A DNA stretch of 64,000 bases from Macrostomum lignano (GCA_002269645.1 NIVC01000121.1:1-64000), one strand, 5' to 3'. Positions 22,864 through 36,843 are shown, numbered from the stretch's first letter. Program-made: numbers and translations. Notes: generated by a model from the sequence alone, not told the origin.

Positions 22864-23324
22864 CTATATTTTAAACTGCTTGGCAGGCAAGTAGGCAATC
22901 AAAACGAGGCGCTTGGATGCAGAGAAGAGACGGTGATGGAGAGAGAGAGAAACCCAGACTACCACACCCGATGCACTTAGGTACGTTTAACGCCAGCGTC
23001 TCTCCCATCTCTGCCTCAACTCTCTCTCTCCCCCTCTCTCTCTGTATCGTATACAAGAAGATGTGCAACGCCGTTTGGTATCCAATGACGACCAGATTTT
23101 TTTCAAAAGAACCCTTATTGCGTACAATGGCTTTGAAATTTTCTTAACGCTCATGAAATCTGTTCGTTCGGACTACTAAAGACGAAGGAAAAATAAAAAC
23201 ATTGAAAGATTTCTCTTTGCCTAAGCTATTCAAAATAACTTAGCCTTTAATAAATAATGGAGATGCTTTTAAACTTAGTCTATGAGACAGTACAGCCAGA
23301 TCCGTTGTCTATGATGTCCGCTGT

Positions 23325-23805
23325 ATCAATGATGTCAGGTGTCTATGATGTCAGGTGTCTATGATGTCAGGTGTCTATGATGTCAGGTGTCTATGATGTC
23401 AGGTGTCTATGATGTCAGGTGTCTATGATGTCAGGTGTCTATGATGTCAGGTGTCTATGATGTCAGGTGTCTATGATGTCAGGTGTCTATGATGTCAGGT
23501 GTCTATGATGTCAGGTGTCTATGATGTCAGGTGTCTATGATGTCAGGTGTCTATGATGTCAGGTGTCTATGATGTCAGGTGTCTATGATGTCAGGTGTCT
23601 ATGATGTCAGGTGTCTATGATGTCAGGTGTCTATGATGTCAGGTGTCTATGATGTCAGGTGTCTATGATGTCAGGTGTCTATGATGTCAGGTGTCTATGA
23701 TGTCAGGTGTCTATGATGTCAGGTGTCTATGATGTCAGGTGTCTATGATGTCAGGTGTCTATGATGTCAGGTGTCTATGATGTCAGGTGTCTATGATGTT
23801 AGGTG
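23325..23805 (+). repeat. Near-perfect 16-bp tandem repeat GTCTATGATGTCAGGT (about 30 copies)
   Basis: Read directly. Confidence 0.95.
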
Positions 23806-24834
23806 TCACTTAATGAATTTATAAAAATAAAAAAACACCTAACTTCATGTTAATGTAGGCTTTTAGTTATGAAAATTCGACATATTATACATTAATGCAT
23901 TGACCAAAGTTCAAAAGATAGACTACGGTGATTAGAAGATAATGTATTCTGAAAGCTGATAAAAGTTACAAAATCAAAATATTTTGTTCCGGCACATTAA
24001 AGCTTCCGTATCAGGCTGCCAACAGAGCAACAACTGCAATCATATCTGCTAGGAGCAGTAGAACAAGACACATCATTGGTCGGCCGTAATTAATCTCGCT
24101 TGCAGATGGTATTGCGGAAACTGGAATTCATGAAATGGTTGGAGAGACATTATGAACTCGTAATATGATATGTTAGTTAATCGTGTGGTTATACAGAAGT
24201 GCCGCAAGCCGCTAAAAAAGGTTAGCACCAGTTTTTCTGTATTTATTCTCAACCTACAATCCTATATACTAAAAATGAGTTGTCTGTGGGTATGCGATAG
24301 ATTTCAGAAAAAATGGCTCAACCGATTTTCTTCAAACTTGCACCATTCGATCAGAAATTTTCCTGGGATGGTACATGCATATTGGCTAAGAAATTGCTCA
24401 ATGTTAAAGGGATTAAATATTCGAAAAACATGCTTTTTTGCAAAGGTCAAGCAGCTCTTTCGACCTGAAATGCGTTGTAAGAATGCTAGAGAAAAAACTG
24501 ACTGACTGAATTTCAATTCTGATAAAGATTGCATCACAACAAGTTGAAAACAGTACCGAAGAAATGCACACACGACTTGATTTAAATTGCGTAACAATAT
24601 TGCTAACTTGAATTGAGACTGATACTGGCTGACTGAGAAATTGATTATGTCATAACTTTTTACTCTATTTTACTCTAATTGACTTGCTGTAAGAATTAAA
24701 TTATAAGGGCCACAATGCATTTTCTCCAATTAAAAAGGGATAGCCTCGATGCGAGCAGACTGGACTGCTAATGTAGCGGCCTGGGTTCGAATCTTAGTAG
24801 TGCAAAATAATTTTTTTATTAAAAAACCTTAAAG

Positions 24835-27600
24835 ACACAAAATGCAAAACATAAAAGAGCCACCATGTAAAACATAAAAGAGCCACCATGTCAAACATAT
24901 ATGTGACTCCATGTCAAACATATACGTGACTCCATGTCGAGCATTAAAGAGCTACCATGTCAAACATTAAAGAGCCACTATGTCAAACATTAAAGAGCCA
25001 CCATGTAAAACATAAAAGAACCACCATGTCAAACATACAGAGCCACCATGTCAAACACTAAAGAGCCAACATGTCGAAGATTAAAGAGCCACCATGTCAA
25101 ACATTAAAGGGCCACCATGTCGAACACTAAAGAGCCACCATTTCAAAAACTACAGAGCCACCGTGTCAAACATTAAAGAGCCACCATGTCAAACATATAT
25201 GTGACTCCATGTCAAACATAAAAGAGCCACCATGTAAAACAATAAAGAGCGACTATGTCGAACATTAGAGAGCCACCATGTCGAACATAAAAGAGCCACA
25301 ATGTCGAACATTAAAAAGCCAGCATGTCAAACACTAAAGAGCCACCATGTCAAACACTAAAGAGCCACCATGTCGAACATAAAAGAGCCATGATTTTGAA
25401 CATTAAAGAGCCACCATGTCAAACATATAAGAACCACCATGTCGAACATATATGTGACTCCATGTCAAACATAAAGAGCCACCATGTCGAAGATTAAAGA
25501 GCCACCATGTCAAACATAAGAGCCACCATGTCGAAGATTAAAGAGCCACCATGTCAAACATAAGAGCCACCATGTTGAAGATTAAAGAGCCACCATGTCA
25601 AACATAAAAGAACCACTATGTCAAACATAAAAGAACCACCATGTCAAACATAAAAGAGCCACCATGTAAAACAATAAAGAGCCACCATGTCAAACATACA
25701 GAGCCACCATGTCAAACACTAAATAGCCACCATGTCAAACAATACAGAGCCACCATGTCGAACATTAAAGAGCCATGATTTTGAACATTAAAGAGCCACC
25801 ATGTCAAACATATGTGACTCCATGTCAAACATAAGGAGCCACCATGTTAAAGATTAAAGAGCCACCATGTCAAACATAAGAGCCACTATGTCAAACATTA
25901 AAGAGCCACCATGTCAAACATGAAAGAACCACCATGTCGAACATATATGTGACTCCATGTCAAACATAAAGAGCCACCATGTCAAACACTAAAGAGCCAA
26001 CATGTCGAAGATTAAAGAGTCACCATTTCAAACATTAAAGGGCCACCATGTCGAACACTAAAGAGCCAGCACTTCAAAAACTAAAGAGCCACCATTTCAA
26101 ACATTAAAGAGCCACCATGTCAAACATATATGTGACTCCATGTCAAACATATATGTGACTCCATGTCAAACATAAAAGAGCCACCATGTAAAACAATAAA
26201 GAGCCACTATGTCAAACATTAAAGAGCCACCATGTCGAACATAAAAGGGCCACAATGTTGAACATATACGTGGCTCCCTGCCAAACATAAAAGATCCACC
26301 ATGTCAAACGTTATTGAGCCACCATGTCAAACATAAAAGAGACACCATTTCAAATGTAAAAAAGCTTCATACCAAACATAAGGGAGCCACTATAAAAGCT
26401 TAGGATATTATTGCACTAGCTACTTGTTTTCTCGGTGGATGCTTGCTATTTAAGGATAGATTATTGCTAGCTCGTATTAGGGGGATGCTTGCTATCGGAA
26501 GGATGCTTGCTATCTGGGGTAACCCAATTTTGGAGGATGCTTTCTCTCGGGGTGGAGGGTACTTTCTATCTGAGAGGGGGTGCTATAGCTATCTATAAGG
26601 ATTCTTTGTATATAGGGATGCTTGCTATCTGGGTGGATTCTTGCTATCTGGGGATGCTTGCTATCTGGGGGGATTCTTGCTATCTGGGGGATGCTTGTCA
26701 AACTCCATGTCAAACATATACGTGACTCCATATCAAACATATTCGTGACTCCATGTCAAACATAAAAAAGCCACCATGTCGAACATTAAAGAGCCACCAT
26801 GTCGAACATTAAAGAGCCACCATGTCAAACATAAAAGAGCTACCATGTCAAACATAAAAGAACCACCACGTCATACACATAAAAGAGCCACCATGTCAAA
26901 CATTATTGAGCCACCATGTCAAACATAAAAGAGACACCAAGTCAAACAAAAAAAGACAAAATTTGAAACGAAAAAAAGAAGCGTCATGCTAAACAAAATG
27001 GAGCCATCAAACATATTCGTGACTCCATGTCAAACATTAAAGAGCCACCATGTCAAACATTTAAAAGCCACCATGTCAAACATTAAAGAGCCACCATGTA
27101 AAACATTAAAAAGCCACTATGTCAAACATTAAAAAGCCACTATGTCAAACATATACGTGATCCCAAGTCAAAAATAAAAGGGCCAACATGTCAATCATAA
27201 CAGAGACTCCATTTCAAACGTAAAAGAGCCGCCATAGCAAACATAGAAGAGCCACCATGTAGACATTAAACAGCTACCATGTCAAACATGGAAGAGCCAC
27301 CATGTCAAACATTAAGAAGCTATCATGCCATACATTAAAGAGCCACCATGTCAAACATGGAAGAGCCACCAAGTCAAACATTAAAAAGCTATCATGCCAT
27401 ACATTAAAGAGCCACTATGTCAGACATAAGAGAGCCACCATGTTAAACATTAAAGAGCTACCATGTCGAACATAAAAGAGCTACCCCATGTCAGACATAA
27501 AAGAGCCAACCATGTCAAACATAAAAGAGCCACCATGTCAAATATTAAAGAGCCACCTTTTTAAACAAAAAGAGACACCATTTCAAACATAAAAGAATAT
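24835..27600 (+). repeat. About 21-bp satellite AAACATTAAAGAGCCACCATGTC with AAACATATACGTGACTCCATGTC variant (interrupted 26370-26700)
   Basis: Read directly. Confidence 0.95.
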
Positions 27601-27789
27601 TCATGCCAAACAAAATGGAACCATTATAAAGCTAAGTAAATTGTTGCACTAGCTACTTGTTACCTGGTGGATGCTTGCTATTTAAGGATGGATACTTGCT
27701 ATCATGGGATGCTTGCTCTTGGGGGTGGGGAGTACTTGCTATCTGAGAGGGGGTTGCTAGATATCTATAAGGTCTTTTTGTATCCAGGT

Positions 27790-28090
27790 TATGCTTGCTA
27801 TCAGGGGTTGCTTGCGATCTGGGGGATGCTTGCTGTCTGGGGGATGCTTGCTATCTGGGGATGCTTGCTGTCTGGGGATGCTTGCTATCTGGGGGATGCT
27901 TGCTGTCTGGGGGATGCTTGCTATCTGCGGGATGCTTGCTATCTGGGGGATGCTTGCTGTCTGGGGGATGCTTGCTATCTGGGGGATGCTTGCTATCTGG
28001 GGGATGCTTGCTATCTGCGGGATGCTTGCTATCTGGGGGATGCTTGCTATCTGGGGGATGCTTGCTATCTGGGGGATGCTTGCTGTCTTG
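27790..28090 (+). repeat. 18-bp GGGGGATGCTTGCTATCT repeat in the Helitron 3' region (also 26480-26700 and 34620-35070)
   Basis: Read directly. Confidence 0.9.
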
Positions 28091-28218
28091 GGATGTTTTG
28101 TTTTTAAGAGGGATGTCAGTTGTTTTTTTATAAAGGCTTTATTTCGCTGTTTATTTGTTATTTGTAAAGAACAAGGATTCTATCCAGATGTCCCCCATCG
28201 GGGGGCAAAGATTGCTAG

Positions 28219-31200
28219 TCCTATATACTAAAAATGAAATGTCTGTAACTAACTAGCTATGCGATAGATTTCAGAAAAAATGGCTCAACCGATTTTCTTC
28301 AAACTTGCACCATTCGATCAGAAATGTTCCTGGGACGGTACATGTATCTTGGCTAAGAAATTGCTCAATGTTAAAGGGATTAAATATTCGAAAAACATGC
28401 TTTTTTGCAAAGGTCAAGCCAAATTTTTGACTTGAAATGCATTGTAAGAATGCTAGAGAAAAAACTGACTGGCTGAATTACGATTGTGATAAAGATTGCA
28501 TCACAACAAGGTGAAAACAGTGCCACAGAAACGCACACAAGACTTCATTGAAATTGCGTAACCATATTGCTAACTTGAATTGAGACTGATACTGGCTGAC
28601 TGAGAAATTGATTATGTCATAACTTTTACTCTAACCGACTTGCTATAAGTATTGAATTATAAGGGCCACAAGTCATGTTCTTCAATTGAAAAGAGATAGC
28701 CGGATGCAAACAGACTGGAATGCTAATGTAGCGACCTTGGTTCGAATCTTAGTGGTGAAAAATGTTTTTTTTATTAAAACACGTTAAAAAACACAAAATT
28801 CTCAACATTAAAGAGCCACCATGTCGAAACATTAAAGAGCCACCATTTCAAACATTAAAGAGCCACAATGTCAAACATTAAAGAGCCACCATGTCGAACG
28901 TAAAAGAGCCACCATATCAAACATACAAGAGTTACCATGTCAAACATTAAAGAGCCACCATGTCGAACATTAAAGAGCCACAATGTCAAACATTAAAGAG
29001 CCACCATTTCAAACCTAAAAGAGCCACCATGTCGAACATTAAAAAGCCACCATGTCAAACATTAAAGAGCCACAATGGCAAACATTAAAGAGACACCATT
29101 TCAAACCTAAAAGAGTTACCATGTCAAACATTAAAGAGCCGCCAGGTCAAACATAAAACAGACACCATTAAGAACATTAAAGAGCCACCATGTCGAACAT
29201 TAAAGAGCCACCATGTCAAACATAAAACAGCCACCATTTCGAAAATTAAAGAGCCACCATTTTAAACATTAAAGAGCCACCTTGTCAAATATTAAAGAGC
29301 CACAATGTCAAACATTAAAGAGCCACCTTATCAAACATTAAAGAGCCACCATGTCAAACATTAAAGAGCCACCATGTAAAACATTAAAGAGCCACCATGT
29401 CGAACATAAAAGAGGTACCATGTCAAACATTAAAGACCCACCAGGTCAAACATGAAAGTGCCACCATGTCAAATATTAAAAAGCCACCATGTCAAACATT
29501 AAAGAGCCACCAGGTCAAACATGAAAGTGCCACCAGGTCAAACATATACATGACTCCATGTCAAACATTATAGAGCCACCATGTCGAACATAAAAGGGCC
29601 ACCATGTCAAATATTAAAGAGCCACCATGTCAAACATTAAAGAGCCACCAGGTCAAACATGAAAGTGCCACCATGTAAAACATTAAAGAGCCACCATGTC
29701 AAACATTAAAAAGCCACCAGGTCAAACATATACATGACTCCATGTCAAACATTAAAGAGCCACCATGTCGAACATAAAAGGGCCACCATGTCAAATATTA
29801 AAGAGCCACCATGTCAAACATTAAAGAGCCACCAGGTCAAACATGAAAGTGCCACCATGTAAAACATTAAAGAGCCACCATGTCGAACATTTAAGAAGCA
29901 CCATGTCAAACATAAAATAGCCACCATGTGAAACATATAGGTGACTCCATGTAAAACATTAAAGAGCTACCATACCAGACATATACATGACTCCATGTCA
30001 AACATATACGTGACTCCATGTTAGACATTTAAGAGCCACCATGTCGAACATTAAAGAGCCAACGTGTTAAAAATACAAGAGCCACCAGGTCAAACATATA
30101 TATGACTCCATGTCAAACATTAAAGAGCCACCATGTCGAACATAAAAGGGCCACCATGTCAAATATTAAAGAGCCACCATGTCAAACATTTAAGAGCCAC
30201 CATGTCAAACATATACATGACTCTATGTCAAACGTTAAAGAGACACCATGTCAAACATTACAGAGCCACCATGTCAAACATTTAAGAGCCACCAGGTCAA
30301 ACATGAAAGTGCCACCATGTAAAACATTAAAGAGCCACCATGTCAAACATATACGTAACTCCATGTCAAACATTGAAGAGACCCCATGTCAAACATTAAA
30401 GAGCCACCACGTCGAACATAAAAGAGCCACCATGTAAAACATATACGTAACTCCATGTCAAACATTGAAGCGACACCATGTCGAACATAAAAGAGCCACC
30501 ATGTCGAACATTAAAGAGCCACCATGTCGAACATAAAAGAGCTACCATGTCAAACATTAAAGAGCCACCATGTTAAACATAAAAGAGCCATCATGTCAAA
30601 CATATAAGTGACTTTATGTCGAACATTAAAGAGCCACCATGTCTAACATTAAAGAGCCACCATGTCCAACATTAAAGAGCCACCATGTCAAAAATTAAAG
30701 AGCCACCATGTCTATCATTAAAGAGCCATCATGTCAAACATTAAAGAGCTACTTTGTCTAACATTAAAGAGCCACCATGTCAAACATTAAAGAGCTACTT
30801 TGTCTAACATTAAAGAGCCACCATGTCAAACATTAAAGAGCCACCATGTCAAACATTAAAGAGCCACCATGTCAAACATAAAAGAGCCACCTTTTTGAAC
30901 ATTAAAAAGCCACTTTGTCAAACATAGAAGAGCCCCCATGTCAAGCATAAAAGAGCCACCATGTAAACATAAAAGAGCCACCATGTCGAACATATACGTG
31001 ACTACATGTCTAACATTAAAGAGCCACCATATCATACATTAAAGAGCCGCCATGTCGAACACTAAAAAGCCACCATGTCAAGCATAAAAGAGCCACCATG
31101 TCGAACATTAAAAAGCCACCATGTCAAACATTAAAGAGCCACAATGGCAAACATTAAAGAGACACCATTTCAAACCTAAAAGAGTTACCATGTCAAACAT

Positions 31201-34200
31201 TAAAGAGCCGCCAGGTCAAACATAAAACAGACACCATTAAGAACATTAAAGAGCCACCATGTCGAACATTAAAGAGCCACCATGTCAAACATAAAACAGC
31301 CACCATTTCGAAAATTAAAGAGCCACCATTTTAAACATTAAAGAGCCACCTTGTCAAATATTAAAGAGCCACAATGTCAAACATTAAAGAGCCACCTTAT
31401 CAAACATTAAAGAGCCACCATGTCAAACATTAAAGAGCCACCATGTAAAACATTAAAGAGCCACCATGTCGAACATAAAAGAGGTACCATGTCAAACATT
31501 AAAGACCCACCAGGTCAAACATGAAAGTGCCACCATGTCAAATATTAAAAAGCCACCATGTCAAACATTAAAGAGCCACCAGGTCAAACATGAAAGTGCC
31601 ACCAGGTCAAACATATACATGACTCCATGTCAAACATTATAGAGCCACCATGTCGAACATAAAAGGGCCACCATGTCAAATATTAAAGAGCCACCATGTC
31701 AAACATTAAAGAGCCACCAGGTCAAACATGAAAGTGCCACCATGTAAAACATTAAAGAGCCACCATGTCAAACATTAAAAAGCCACCAGGTCAAACATAT
31801 ACATGACTCCATGTCAAACATTAAAGAGCCACCATGTCGAACATAAAAGGGCCACCATGTCAAATATTAAAGAGCCACCATGTCAAACATTAAAGAGCCA
31901 CCAGGTCAAACATGAAAGTGCCACCATGTAAAACATTAAAGAGCCACCATGTCGAACATTTAAGAAGCACCATGTCAAACATAAAATAGCCACCATGTGA
32001 AACATATAGGTGACTCCATGTAAAACATTAAAGAGCTACCATACCAGACATATACATGACTCCATGTCAAACATATACGTGACTCCATGTTAGACATTTA
32101 AGAGCCACCATGTCGAACATTAAAGAGCCAACGTGTTAAAAATACAAGAGCCACCAGGTCAAACATATATATGACTCCATGTCAAACATTAAAGAGCCAC
32201 CATGTCGAACATAAAAGGGCCACCATGTCAAATATTAAAGAGCCACCATGTCAAACATTTAAGAGCCACCATGTCAAACATATACATGACTCTATGTCAA
32301 ACGTTAAAGAGACACCATGTCAAACATTACAGAGCCACCATGTCAAACATTTAAGAGCCACCAGGTCAAACATGAAAGTGCCACCATGTAAAACATTAAA
32401 GAGCCACCATGTCAAACATATACGTAACTCCATGTCAAACATTGAAGAGACCCCATGTCAAACATTAAAGAGCCACCACGTCGAACATAAAAGAGCCACC
32501 ATGTAAAACATATACGTAACTCCATGTCAAACATTGAAGCGACACCATGTCGAACATAAAAGAGCCACCATGTCGAACATTAAAGAGCCACCATGTCGAA
32601 CATAAAAGAGCTACCATGTCAAACATTAAAGAGCCACCATGTTAAACATAAAAGAGCCATCATGTCAAACATATAAGTGACTTTATGTCGAACATTAAAG
32701 AGCCACCATGTCTAACATTAAAGAGCCACCATGTCCAACATTAAAGAGCCACCATGTCAAAAATTAAAGAGCCACCATGTCTATCATTAAAGAGCCATCA
32801 TGTCAAACATTAAAGAGCTACTTTGTCTAACATTAAAGAGCCACCATGTCAAACATTAAAGAGCTACTTTGTCTAACATTAAAGAGCCACCATGTCAAAC
32901 ATTAAAGAGCCACCATGTCAAACATTAAAGAGCCACCATGTCAAACATAAAAGAGCCACCTTTTTGAACATTAAAAAGCCACTTTGTCAAACATAGAAGA
33001 GCCCCCATGTCAAGCATAAAAGAGCCACCATGTAAACATAAAAGAGCCACCATGTCGAACATATACGTGACTACATGTCTAACATTAAAGAGCCACCATA
33101 TCATACATTAAAGAGCCGCCATGTCGAACACTAAAAAGCCACCATGTCAAGCATAAAAGAGCCACCATGTAAAACATTGAAGAGCCACCATGCCAAACAT
33201 AAAAAAGCCACCATGTCGAACATTAAAGAGCCACAATTTTGAACATTAAAGAGCCACCATGTCAAGCATAAAAGAGCCACTATGTAAAACATTGAAGAGC
33301 CACCATGTCGAACACTAAAAAGCCACCATGTCAAGCATAAAAGAGCCACCATGTAAAACATTGAAGAGCCACCATGCCAAACATAAAAAGCCACCATGTC
33401 GAACATTAAAGAGCCACAATTTTGAACATTAAAGAGCCACCATGTCAAGCATAAAAGAGCCACCATGTCAAACATAAAAGAGCCACCATGTCAAACATAT
33501 ATGTGACTCCATGTCAAACATATACGTGACTCCATGTCAAACATATACGTGACTCCATGTCAAACATATACATGTCTCCATGTCAAACATATACGTGACT
33601 CCATGTCAAACATTAAAGAGCTACCATGTCAAAGATAGAAGAGCCACCATGTTAAACATTGAAGAGCTATCACGTCAAACATAGAATAGTCACCATGTCA
33701 AACATTAAAGAGCTACCATGTCAAACATAGAAGAGCTACCATGTCAAACATAGAAGAGCCACCATGTCAAACATTAAAGAGCTACCATGTCAAACATAAA
33801 AGAGCCACCATGTCAAACATAAAAGAGCCACCATGTCAAACATGTATGTGACTCCATGTCAAACATATACGTGACTCCATGTCAAACATATACGTGACTC
33901 CATGTCAAACATATACATGACTCCATGTTAAACATATACGTGACTCCATGTCAAACATTAAAGAGCTACCATGTCAAAGATAGAAGAGCCACCATGTTAA
34001 ACATTGAAGAGCTATCAGGTCAAACATAGAATAGTCACCATGTCAAACATTAAAGAGCTACCATGTCAAACATAGAAGAGCTACCATGTCAAACATAGAA
34101 GAGCCACCATGTCAAACATTAAAGAGCTACCATGTCAAACATAAAAGAGCCACCATGTCAAACATAAAAGAGCCACCATGTCAAACATATATGTGACTCC

Positions 34201-35137
34201 ATGTCAAACATATACGTGACTCCATGTCAAACATATACGTGACTCCATGTCAAACATATACATGACTCCATGTTAAACATATACGTGACTCCATGTCAAA
34301 CATTAAAGAGCTACCATGTCAAAGATAGAAGAGCCACCATGTTAAACATTGAAGAGCTATCAGGTCAAACATAGAATAGTCACCATGTCAAACATTAAAG
34401 AGCTACCATGTCAAACATAGAAGAGCTACCATGTCAAACACAAAAGAGCCACCATGTCAAACATAGAAGAGACACTATGTCAAACTTAGAAGAGCCACCA
34501 TGTCAAACATTAAAGAGCCAACATTTCAAACGTAAAAAGAAGTGTCATGCCAAACAATATGGAGCCACTATAAAGCTAAGGAAACTATTGCACTAGCTAC
34601 TTGTTCTCTGGTAGATGCTTGCTATTTAAGGATGGATACTTGCTATCAGGGGGATGCTTGCTATCTGAGGGATGCTTGCTATTGGGGGGATGCTTGCTAC
34701 TGGGGTAACCTGCTATTGGGAGATGCTTGCTCTTGGGGGGGGGGGGTGGAGGGTACTTGCTATCTGAGAGGGGGTTGCTAGATATCTATAAGGTCTCTTT
34801 GTATCCAGGTTATGCTTGCTATCTGGGGTTGCTTGCAGTCTGGGGGATGCTTGCTATCTGGGGGATGCTTGCTATCTGGGGGATGCTTGCTATCTGGGGG
34901 ATGCTTGCTATCTGGGGGATGCTTGCTATCTGGGGTCTGGAGGACGCTTGCTAGCTGGGGGATGCTTGCTATCTGGGGTTGCTTGCTATCTGGGGGATGC
35001 TTGCAGTCTGGGGGATGCTTGCTATTTGGGGATCGATGCTTGAATGCTGTCTGAGGATGCTTGCTATCTTGGGATATTTTGTTTTTAGAGGGAACTAGCT
35101 GTCCAGATGTCCCCCATCGGGGGGCGAAGATTGCTAG
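28219..35137 (+). mobile_element. Non-autonomous Helitron copy 2, head-to-tail with copy 1
   Basis: Junction CTAG|TCCTATATACTAAAAATG; hairpin at 35111-35124; CTAG|T at 35134-35138. Confidence 0.85.
28800..34530 (+). repeat. 5.7-kb array of the 21-bp satellite with 2069-bp and 345-bp higher-order duplications
   Basis: Identical ORFs at 30102 and 32171; the GTGACTCC block recurs at 33503, 33848 and 34193. Confidence 0.9.
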
Positions 35138-35159
35138 TATTAAAATAAAGGTGTCTACC

Positions 35160-36228
35160 TGTGGTCACTGTCTAGGGTCATTGTCTAGGGTCATTGTCTA
35201 GGGTCACTGTCTAGGGTCACTGTCTAGGGTCACTGTCTAGGGTCATTGTCTAGGGTCACTGTCTAGGGTCACTGTCTAGGGTCACTGTCTAGGGTCACTG
35301 TCTAGGGTCATTGTCTTGGGTCACTGTCTAGTGTCACTGTCTAGGGTCACTGTCTAGGGTCACTGTCTAGAGTCATTGTCTAGAGTCGCTGTCTAGAGGG
35401 TCATTGTCTAGGGTCACTGAAGGTCACTGTCTAGGGTCACTGTCTAGGGTCACTGTCTAGGGCCACTGTCTAGGGTCATTGTCAAGGGTCACTGTCTAGG
35501 GTCATTGTCTAGGGTCACTGTCTAGGGTCACTGTCTAGGGTCACTGTCTAGGGTCACTGTCTAGAGTCATTGTCTAGAGTCGCTGTCTAGGGTCATTGTC
35601 TAGGGTCACTGAAGGTCACTGTCTAGGGTCACTGTCTAGGGTCACTGTCTAGGGCCACTGTCTAGGGTCATTGTCTTGGGTCACTGTCTAGGGTCATTGT
35701 CTAGGGTCACTGTCTAGGGTCACTGTCTAGGGTCACTGTCTAGGGTCACTGTCTAGAGTCACTGTCTAGGGTCACTGTCTAGGGTCACTGTCTAGGGTCA
35801 CTGTCTAGGGTCACTGCTAGAGTCATTGTCTAGGGTCGCTGTCTAAAGTCATTGTCTAGGGTCACTGAAGGTCATTGTCTAGGGTCACTGAAGGTCATTG
35901 TCTAGGGTCACAGTCTAGGGTCACTGTCTAGGGCCACTGTCTAGGGTCATTGTCTAGGGTCACTGAAGGTCACTGTCTAGGGTCACTAAAGTTCACTGTC
36001 TAGGGTCACTGAAGGTCACTGTCTAGGGTCACTAAAGTTCACTGTCTAGGGTCACTGAAGGTCACTGTCTAGGGTCACTAAAGTCCACTGTCTAGGGTCA
36101 CTGAAGGTCACTGTCTAGGGTCACTGTCTACTGTCAATGTCTACGGTCACTGTCTACGGTCAATGTCTAGGGTCGTTGCTTAGGGTCGCTGTCTAGGGTC
36201 ATTGTCTAGGGTCACTGTCTAGGGTCAC
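35160..36228 (+). repeat. 13-bp satellite CACTGTCTAGGGT
   Basis: About 80 copies. Confidence 0.95.
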
Positions 36229-36258
36229 TCTTTAGGATCGCTGCCAAGGACCACTCAC

Positions 36259-36709
36259 AGCAGCTCCTAGCACTGGCTAGCAGGCGTCGTCCAAATACAA
36301 CTGTTGCTGCCGTTGGCTCTTTCTCCTCTTCAATGCCGGCGGCTGCTTCATCCGCAGCTGGCAAGCAGCTGTCGCAGCAGAAGCTGGCTGAGTCCGCCGA
36401 CTTCCAGTCGCTTTCGGTGTCGTCAAACAGCGAGCACCGACGCCGCGTCTGCTGGCCGGTCTCCGCTGCCGCCACGGATTCGACCAGGTGAACTAGCGGC
36501 ACCAGAGCCGATCGAATCAGTTGCGAACTGCACGAATGATCGTCCATTGAACGTCGCCTAGCAGCTGTTGGCATCGTCAGGACTGTCGGAGTTGCGACAA
36601 CTGCATCGACTTCTGGAGTCGATGACGGAGCCGGAGCCAAGGTGACACTGCGCGACCGTTGGCGATAGACAAAGAAGTTGTCCGACATTGAGGCTAGAAA
36701 ATGAGTCAA
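36259..36709 (-). CDS. Putative first coding exon (low complexity, Ala/Ser-rich), possibly exon 1 of the DUF1330-like gene
   Basis: ATG at 36709, about 65 nt below a TATAAATA; strong donor T|GTGAGT at 36259/36258 (phase 1). No recognisable domain. Confidence 0.45.
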
Positions 36710-36773
36710 TGCAGAAAGAAATTGTCAGCAATCAATAACCTTTCTTCATGTTTTCCTAGTTTGCCGCATGCAG

Positions 36774-36843
36774 TATTTATAGAGCGCTGGTCATGTGCGC
36801 TGCTGGGCGGGAGCTGGGAGCTGAGGAAGCTGGATTCACGTGA
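36774..36843 (-). promoter_or_regulatory. TATA box with upstream GC box and E-box
   Basis: CTATAAATA (reverse complement of 36774-36782); GGGCGGG about 36805; CACGTG about 36838. Confidence 0.4.

Larger units (their letters stand above)
24260..28218 (+). mobile_element. Non-autonomous Helitron copy 1 with internal 21-bp and 18-bp satellites
   Basis: A|TCCTATATACTAAAAATG start; CCCCCATCGGGGGG hairpin at 28192-28205; CTAG at 28215-28218. Confidence 0.85.

Noticed and set aside
22871-23153. Alternative first exon of the DUF1330-like gene (MSVKKISKPLYAIR...) and a weak X-box GTATCCAATGACGAC
   Set aside because: No strong phase-1 donor, the region contains a GA/TC hairpin, and the motif has two mismatches; cannot be fully excluded.
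23325-23805. CRISPR-like regular array
   Set aside because: No spacers in this or any other array; eukaryotic tandem repeats.
30102-33475. Satellite-derived ORFs (PPCQTLKSHHV...)
   Set aside because: Chance open frames in the 21-bp satellite.
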